Assembly: GCA_900546635.1 (NCBI GenBank)
Contig: URDS01000003.1
Coordinates: 252 to 64,251 of the forward strand
Direction of reading: 5' to 3'
Length of the DNA: 64,000 nucleotides
Origin: an uncultured Eubacteriales bacterium
GTDB lineage: Bacteria; Bacillota; Clostridia; Oscillospirales; CAG-272
Shown here: piece after piece, positions 58,801 through 64,000 of the stretch
Numbering within the stretch: the stretch's first letter is position 1
Layout of the letters: each line of letters opens with the position of its first letter
Notes under the pieces: generated by a model
The model's input: the letters and a program-made list of their open reading frames with translations, nothing else
Told to the model about the DNA's origin: nothing
The model's database searches: none
Made by a program: the position numbers and the translations under genes

Positions 58801-60209
58801 AGATCACCAGCGTCTGGGCGCCGCAGCTCTATTACCTTGACGGCGATTGGTATGTCTATACGACCTGCGGCGTCAAAGAGGCGCTCGGCACCAGCAACTA
58901 TGACGTGCGCATTCCGCAGATCTGGAAAGCCAAAACGCAGGATCCCATCGGCGGCTACACCTATATGGGCACATTCCGCAACCTCGATACGGCGGTGACG
59001 TCTTTCCTGTCCCCGCGGCTTATCGAGCACGGCGGCAAGCTGTACATGGTCTGTAGCGGCTGCTTCCGCCCTGAGGACATGATCAATCAACATCTGCAGC
59101 GGCTGTTTATGTGCGAGCTTTCCGACCCGCTGACGATGGCCACGCCGATGCAGGTGGTTTCCGAGCCGATTTACGATTACGAAAAGAAGCTGATGGAGGG
59201 GCCGTTCCCGTTCTACGGGCCGGACGGCACGCTTTATATGATTTTTGCGGCCGGCCATACGCGCACTGACGAGTACTGCACCGGCATCATCCGCTTTGGC
59301 GGTACCGAAAAGGATTCGCTGCTCAAAGCTTCGCTTTGGGAGAAATTCTCCGAGCCGCTTCAGTTTACCGATTATGCAAATCTTGTCTATTCGCCGGGCG
59401 CGATGGTCGTGACAAAGGCGCCCGACGGCGAATATTTCGGCGTATACCACGCCAAGGAATACCACTATTCGGCGTTTACCATGCGCCGTATGCATATGCA
59501 GCCGATCACGTTTGACGAAAACGGCTTCCCGCATATGGAGGACCCGCAGCCGGTCGATACGGTACATACCATCGCCGCAAATCCGATGCCGGTTTCACAG
59601 CGTATCAGCGGCTTCGACACGACCGGAAAGCTGGACGCGGTCAGCCCGTTTAAGCCCGTGCGCACCTATGAAAACCAGTTTGCCGACGTAACGGCGGACA
59701 AATGGTTTTATCCGTATGTGACGCTTGCGTATGAATACGCGCTGGCAAACGGAACGAGCGGCACGGCGTTCTCGCCGGACAACAAGTTCACGGTGGCACA
59801 GGCGCTCACGGCGGCCGCCAACATCCACACCGCTTATTTCGGCGGCAGCGTTCCGGCCGCGGCGGCGGGCGAAGCGTGGTACGCGCCGTATGTAAACTAC
59901 TGTGTGGAAAAGGGCATCATTTCCGCGTCGCAGTTTGCGGATTATAATCGAAACATCACGCGCGGCGAAATGGCGGTCGTTTTTGCGGCCATTCTGCCGG
60001 ACGGCGAGTATGCGGCGGTCCGCACGGGCGTCTGTCCGGATGTCGGCGAAAATACGGCCTGCTATGCGGCGGTTACAAAGCTCTATCAGGCGGGTATTGT
60101 CGGCGGCGACTCGGGAACAGGCAACTACCGTCCGGACGACGAGATCATCCGCAGCGAGGCCTGCGTCATTTTCACCCGCATCGCCGCGGCTGACAAACGT
60201 ATCAAATAA
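55887..60209 (+). CDS. Giant secreted cell-surface protein: three beta-helix-like modules, a GH43-like domain and three SLH repeats
   Basis: 1440 aa with a signal peptide. Modules start near KYVFVSDSGD, RTVFVSGSGND and AVVFVRDGAEGDGTSP. GH43 signatures: NPIAGFADPSIVYADGWYYYTF, WAPQLYYLDGDWYVY, LMEGPFPF. C-terminal SLH-like repeats (FADVTADKWFYPYV...). Confidence 0.85.
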   Translation: MKLKRIFLFLFCAALLFAALSLSPAAEQKYVFVSDSGDLKNSGLSDSEPVKTLGQAFQKLGADGGTVVVCGVTTLDSAAMAAFPKRDSLITFTSTWDGVDYSAKGARLSIQTSVFLGGPTKFENIKLTSGNGVNIFCCGNDLTMGGGITCQYAQNPMAIWGGTDCAKLTVAHMADYFDYTIQIDSGTFWYVRGGSLRSDETQPVGTIGDVTILINGGTFTSTSTAPDKNGIIAVSGFDALYGDARIIINGGTINCSVMGIGRPGYNSTVSNNAYSKGDVHITINGGNFRAGAKIGAVHDTVASYVGGDFYLTVSGGYFPASFGGFDAQCVRGTAFADIVPTISQPMTGFARTVFVSGSGNDAASGKTADMPKKTLSAAAAALFGEGGVIVVCGDTQAGAETLAAYSKTLRITGAWAGKDYRAEGAKLILDGTLTLGGDTRLEGLTIAGSGGFNAAGHDLLAGQNLICTGAVSLDGGAGGETHGVTVRSGSFSEIRGGSVTDSGASTYVLLEDGSVGTIYGGGAGTRGGCMVSVRGGSVTNAVYAAEAGTPAGCGIELLGGTVAGVVAPAASGTVAKYSLQNRGASLTASVNESGAQSLYESGAVVFVRDGAEGDGTSPVNAMGDITEASAKLSGGGTIVVCGKVAPQNGKTLRYTGGKVTITSFYGGLDYAVLDDAQIELWKYLSLADETEIRDIKIVAAANDTYISAEGNRLTVGEGVECEIFYDNRTEDYPDLVAGSVVNAPSLKKNPTILVYSGTWGSLCGGQFTTKLDASASRRLTGDITLTVRGGTFTDDCFVGGINNLTGNAVLNAEGGTFACSVFGMAGEALAYTGNITVNAAGSAFEGDIRAAQDKTPTFSGVYTLNIAGSDVSRASSILGTDGLAGGGSSAVNIAEGVDLTAALSGRIEYQNPIAGFADPSIVYADGWYYYTFAKDYKSKPAVWMAKAANLCDIGKVEPVLVWGQAVSNDGEEITSVWAPQLYYLDGDWYVYTTCGVKEALGTSNYDVRIPQIWKAKTQDPIGGYTYMGTFRNLDTAVTSFLSPRLIEHGGKLYMVCSGCFRPEDMINQHLQRLFMCELSDPLTMATPMQVVSEPIYDYEKKLMEGPFPFYGPDGTLYMIFAAGHTRTDEYCTGIIRFGGTEKDSLLKASLWEKFSEPLQFTDYANLVYSPGAMVVTKAPDGEYFGVYHAKEYHYSAFTMRRMHMQPITFDENGFPHMEDPQPVDTVHTIAANPMPVSQRISGFDTTGKLDAVSPFKPVRTYENQFADVTADKWFYPYVTLAYEYALANGTSGTAFSPDNKFTVAQALTAAANIHTAYFGGSVPAAAAGEAWYAPYVNYCVEKGIISASQFADYNRNITRGEMAVVFAAILPDGEYAAVRTGVCPDVGENTACYAAVTKLYQAGIVGGDSGTGNYRPDDEIIRSEACVIFTRIAAADKRIK

Positions 60210-60392
60210 CGTATAAAATAAGGTAAAATCCTTTGTTTCCGCAGGCGTCGGGATTTGCCCGGCGGTTTCGGCGGCGGCAGCGTTTTGCTGAAAACGTCGA
60301 AAATGCACTTTTCGTTTTTACTGAAAAAAAGATTCTTTTTGTCCGCCAAACGCCGGTTCGGCGTTTGGCGGGATTTTGGAAAGGACATTGCT

Positions 60393-63300
60393 ATGAATTT
60401 TAAAAGAATCGGCGCGTTTCTCCTTTTATCCATTCTCGGTTTCTGTACCTGCGCGCTGACGCCTGCCGCGGCGGCGGAGCAGGTTCTCTATGTATGTGAT
60501 ACCGGTAACGACAAAAACACCGGTACCAGCGCGGCGGAGGCGCTCAAATCGCTGAACGTGGCGCTGATCCGCCTCGGCAAGGAGGGCGGCACGATCGTTG
60601 TCTGCGGCCCTTTGACGGTCGGCTCGGACGTGGAACTCAGCGCCTCGGCCGGAAAGACGACGATCACCGGCGTATACGGCGGCACGGACTATGTGAAGCA
60701 AAACAAGGCCGGCATTATTTTTTCGGGTAACGTGTATTTGAAATCCGAGCTTATTTTTGAAAATCTGGCGCTGAATTTTCACAGCAGCGGACCGGCGATC
60801 TACTGCCAGGGCAACAGTGTGACGTTCGGCGCGGGGCTGACCTGCTCCTATCTGTCCTCCGCGCCCGCCATTTGGGGCGGCACCTATGGGGGCCGCGTCG
60901 GCGTCACGGCCGATAGCATGACCTATTATGACTATACCATCCGCATTGACAGCGGCACCTGGAACTATGTCCGGGGCGGCAGTATGCGCGACGATGAAGT
61001 CCAGCCGGTCGGAACGGTCGGCAATGTGACCATTGAAATCAACGGCGGCACGTTCACGTCGAGAACCACCAACGCGACGAATAACGGCGTGATCGCCGCA
61101 ACCGGCTTTGACGCGCTCGACGGCGACGCCGAGATTCGGATAACCGGCGGCGATTTCAAGTGCGCGGTGGTCGGCGTCGGCCGTCCGGGGTATAACTCGA
61201 CCGTCTCCAACAACTACTACGGAAACGGGAACCTCTATATCACGATAACCGGCGGCACGTTCTCGGGCGCCGGCCGGATCAGCGCCGTGCAGGACAAGGT
61301 TGCATGCTGGATCGACGGCGATTTTTATCTGACCGTGACCGGCGGCGAGTTTTCCAAGGGCTTTGAGGGCATTGACGCGGCGTGCGTGCGCGGCAACGCG
61401 ATCCCAAACATCGATTATACCTATTATGAACAGGGACTGCGCGTGCGCGGCTTTGATCCGGTCGTGTTCGTCCGCGGGGACGGGGACGACGCGGCCGACG
61501 GCCTGTCGCCCGCCACGGCGAAAAAGACGCTTTCCGCCGAGAGCGGCGTGGTCGTGCTCTGCGGCGACATGTCCGCGGCGGGCGCTGCGCTTTCCGCGGC
61601 GGACGGCAAGGTTCTGCGCGTTACCGACAACTGGAACGGCGTCGATTACGATGCGACGCTGACGCTTGACGGCGAACTTTCCTGCGCGGGGGCGCTGACG
61701 CTTGACGGTGTGAAGCTTGCCGGAAAGGGCACACTGTCCGCCGCGGGCGATCTGACGGTCGGCGAGGGCGTGACCGGCGGCAGCGGAATCACGCTTTCCA
61801 CATCGGGCGGCGGCACGAGAAAAATCACCGTAAAATCCGGCGAGTTTGCCGGTATTTCGGGCGGAAATGCGGATGCGGGCGAGACGGTATTTGTGGTGAT
61901 CGACGGGGGCAGCGTCGGCGAAATCGTCGCGGCTGAAGGCGGAAACGCCGCGGTCGTGGTCTGCTCCGGAACGGTTACGGGCGACATTTATGCGTTTTCC
62001 GCCGGCGGCGACAGCGGCGCCGTATCCCTGCTCGGCGGCACAGTGAAAAGCGGCAGGGTCGCGGCGGCCAAAACGCCGTCCGGCCGCTCGGTCGATGTGT
62101 TCGGCATAACGGCGGCGGAAGGGCTGCTCTCCTCCAAGGCGCTTTTGGACTACAGCGCGGCGGAAAAACGGTACGCGCCAAACGAGGCTGTTTTTGTGGC
62201 CGATGGCGGCACGGGCGACGGAAGTTCGCCGCTCTCGCCCTTGGGTGACCTCAAAGCGGCGGTGGAAGCTTCGGGCAGCAAAACGGTCGTCATCTGCGGG
62301 CCGCTGACGCTGCGCTACGGACTGACGCTTCCGAAAATCGACGAGAAAACGACGATAACCAGTATGCACATGGGCATCGACTACCGCGAATTGTCGGACG
62401 CCTATCTTGAACTTTGGGAGGGACTGCGCCTGTCCGGCGAGACTGTTTTGTACGGTCTGCATGTCGTTGCGGCGACCAACTCCACCTACATTTCCGCCGA
62501 GGGAAATCCGCTGACCGTCGGTGAGGATATGCGGTGCAGCCTGTTTGAAAGCAAGCGCGTGGAGAAATATCCGGCGATTGCCGGCGGCTCGCGCACGCTG
62601 CGCAAAATCCTCAAGGCCGATACCAAGGTGGTGATTCAAAGCGGCACATGGGGCGTGGTTTCGGGCGGCGCGTATTCCTCGACGCCGGCCGGATTCAAGC
62701 TTACCGGCAGCACGGATCTCCGCATTGACGGCGGCCGGATCACCGGCGGCATCTATATCAGCGGCCAGAATCACCTCACCGGCGATTCGAGCCTTCTGAT
62801 TACGGGCGGCGAGATCGACTGTTCAATCTACGGTCTGCCTAGTGCGGACGTGATTCAAACGGGCGACATCCGCGCGGTGGTGCTCGGCGGCGCTTTGCGC
62901 GGGGACGTGCTGCTTGCGCAGGGCGGCGCGCCGACGCTGAACGGCAGCTTTACGCTCGATCTGCAAAAGGGCGACTTCAGTCGGATCGGCCAGGTTCGCG
63001 GAACCGGCGCCGCCGGAAATGCGAAGAGTACGTTGAATCTCGGCGCGGACGTGAAGACCGATACGGCCCTTGAGGGGACGATCACCTATCAGAATCCGAT
63101 CGCGGGCTACGCCGACCCGTCGGTCGTATTTGCCGACGGCTGGTATTACTACACGTTTTCAAAGGATTATAAATCCAAACCGGCCGTCTGGATGGCCAAA
63201 GCGGCCAACCTCTGCGACATCGGCAAGGTAGAGCCGGTGCTGGTCTGGGGACAGGCCGACGCGGCGGAGGGGCAGGAGATCACCGCGCTCTGGGCGCCGC

Positions 63301-64000
63301 AGCTGTATCATCTGGACGGCAGATGGTATGTCTACGCGGCGGCGCAGACCGGTCTGGATGCGGAAACGGGCGCGAATTACCGCCTGCCGTATGTCTGGGA
63401 GGGACAGCCCGACGATCCGACCGGCAGCTATACGATGATCGGCTGCATGAAGAACCTTGATACGAGCGTGTATTCCTATCTCTCTCAGCGGCTTATCGAG
63501 CACGGCGGCAAGCTCTATATGTTCTGCAGCGGCTTTTATTCGGCGGCGGACATTGCGCCGACGCATATCCAGCGACTGCGCGTCTGCGAGATGTCCAATC
63601 CCTATACGATGGCTTCAAAGCAGGTCGTCTTCTCCTCTCCGACGTACGATTATGAGAAGAATCTGATGGAGGGGCCGTATCCGTTCTACGGGCCGGACGG
63701 CACGCTTTGGCTGATTTTCGCGGCCGGGCATACCCGCACGGACGAATACTGCACCGGACTGATGCGGTTCAACGGCACCCAGTCGGATTCGCTCTTAGAT
63801 GCGTCTCTCTGGGAAAAATTCCCGGAAGCTTTCCAGTTTGTCGATTATGACAGCGGCGTGTATTCGCCGGGCGCGATGGTCATGACCGTCTCCCCGGACG
63901 GCAAGGACACGATTGCGGTCTATCACGCGAAAACCTATCACTATTCCGCCTATACCATGCGCCGCATGTACATGCAGAATGTGACCTGGGAGAACGGTAT
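60393..64000 (+). CDS. Second giant paralog (partial, runs off the window): three beta-helix-like modules plus a GH43-like domain
   Basis: Not in the ORF track because no stop is reached. ATG 60393 gives MNFKRIGAFLLLSILGFCTCALTPAAAAEQVLYVCDTGNDKNTG... I checked the frame at 62160 (AEKRYAPNEAVFVADGGTGDG) and at 63081 (ITYQNPIAGYADPSVVFADGWYYYTF). No + strand ORF is listed in this frame across 3.6 kb, which is consistent with it being open throughout. Confidence 0.8.
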   Translation, partial: MNFKRIGAFLLLSILGFCTCALTPAAAAEQVLYVCDTGNDKNTGTSAAEALKSLNVALIRLGKEGGTIVVCGPLTVGSDVELSASAGKTTITGVYGGTDYVKQNKAGIIFSGNVYLKSELIFENLALNFHSSGPAIYCQGNSVTFGAGLTCSYLSSAPAIWGGTYGGRVGVTADSMTYYDYTIRIDSGTWNYVRGGSMRDDEVQPVGTVGNVTIEINGGTFTSRTTNATNNGVIAATGFDALDGDAEIRITGGDFKCAVVGVGRPGYNSTVSNNYYGNGNLYITITGGTFSGAGRISAVQDKVACWIDGDFYLTVTGGEFSKGFEGIDAACVRGNAIPNIDYTYYEQGLRVRGFDPVVFVRGDGDDAADGLSPATAKKTLSAESGVVVLCGDMSAAGAALSAADGKVLRVTDNWNGVDYDATLTLDGELSCAGALTLDGVKLAGKGTLSAAGDLTVGEGVTGGSGITLSTSGGGTRKITVKSGEFAGISGGNADAGETVFVVIDGGSVGEIVAAEGGNAAVVVCSGTVTGDIYAFSAGGDSGAVSLLGGTVKSGRVAAAKTPSGRSVDVFGITAAEGLLSSKALLDYSAAEKRYAPNEAVFVADGGTGDGSSPLSPLGDLKAAVEASGSKTVVICGPLTLRYGLTLPKIDEKTTITSMHMGIDYRELSDAYLELWEGLRLSGETVLYGLHVVAATNSTYISAEGNPLTVGEDMRCSLFESKRVEKYPAIAGGSRTLRKILKADTKVVIQSGTWGVVSGGAYSSTPAGFKLTGSTDLRIDGGRITGGIYISGQNHLTGDSSLLITGGEIDCSIYGLPSADVIQTGDIRAVVLGGALRGDVLLAQGGAPTLNGSFTLDLQKGDFSRIGQVRGTGAAGNAKSTLNLGADVKTDTALEGTITYQNPIAGYADPSVVFADGWYYYTFSKDYKSKPAVWMAKAANLCDIGKVEPVLVWGQADAAEGQEITALWAPQLYHLDGRWYVYAAAQTGLDAETGANYRLPYVWEGQPDDPTGSYTMIGCMKNLDTSVYSYLSQRLIEHGGKLYMFCSGFYSAADIAPTHIQRLRVCEMSNPYTMASKQVVFSSPTYDYEKNLMEGPYPFYGPDGTLWLIFAAGHTRTDEYCTGLMRFNGTQSDSLLDASLWEKFPEAFQFVDYDSGVYSPGAMVMTVSPDGKDTIAVYHAKTYHYSAYTMRRMYMQNVTWENG

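Noticed and set aside
60426-62774. 782-aa minus-strand ORF, the only long ORF listed here
   Set aside because: The plus strand carries an open frame from ATG 60393 to the window end. That frame is a clear paralog of the 1440-aa protein (signal peptide, modules, GH43 motifs). The minus ORF is its shadow.

Overview
This is a high-GC Firmicutes/Clostridia-type chromosomal segment, judged from GGAGG-type ribosome-binding sites, a SleB-type cortex hydrolase and SLH cell-wall anchors. No database search was possible, so every call rests on reading the translations and the DNA. Layout: (1) 0-5.5 kb holds a MORN-repeat membrane protein and the soj-spo0J partition operon. Two near-consensus parS sites sit in a 1.1-kb gene-free spacer, and an iteron-like motif plus an 8-bp microsatellite lie downstream of spo0J. 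(2) 5.5-13.3 kb is housekeeping: a SleB-family hydrolase, hisS, an MBL-fold hydrolase, an AlkD-like protein, trmO, and an NAD(P)HX epimerase with a decayed C-terminal half. (3) 13.4-27.4 kb is a compact phage-derived cassette of about 13.4 kb. It runs XRE repressor, TerS, TerL, portal, scaffold, capsid, short-tail/fibre genes, M23 endolysin and holins. It has no recognisable integrase, replication, tape-measure or protease genes. Copies of a host dispersed repeat bracket and punctuate it. This is my best candidate for something new: a GTA-like or domesticated particle locus. (4) 27.4-45.3 kb holds secreted and lipoproteins, tRNA-Met/Ile2(CAT) and tRNA-Gly(CCC), an MFS transporter, a HAD hydrolase, pgeF-truB-aspS, alr and an ACT/UPF0210 pair. 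(5) 43.5-64 kb is a glycan-utilisation cluster. It has a regulator with a LacI-type sensor and a C-terminal LuxR HTH, a LUD-domain protein, a six-hairpin-like protein, GH2 lacZ, an AraC regulator and an orphan solute-binding lipoprotein. It also has three secreted proteins built from a recurring beta-helix-like module. Two of these are giant tandem paralogs with GH43-like and SLH domains, and the second runs off the window and is missing from the ORF track. The non-coding DNA is unusually repeat-rich: a structured repeat family of about 170 bp at six loci, plus tandem arrays with periods of 8, 17, 38, 44 and 52 bp. Many long ORFs in the supplied track are antisense shadows typical of high-GC DNA and were rejected.
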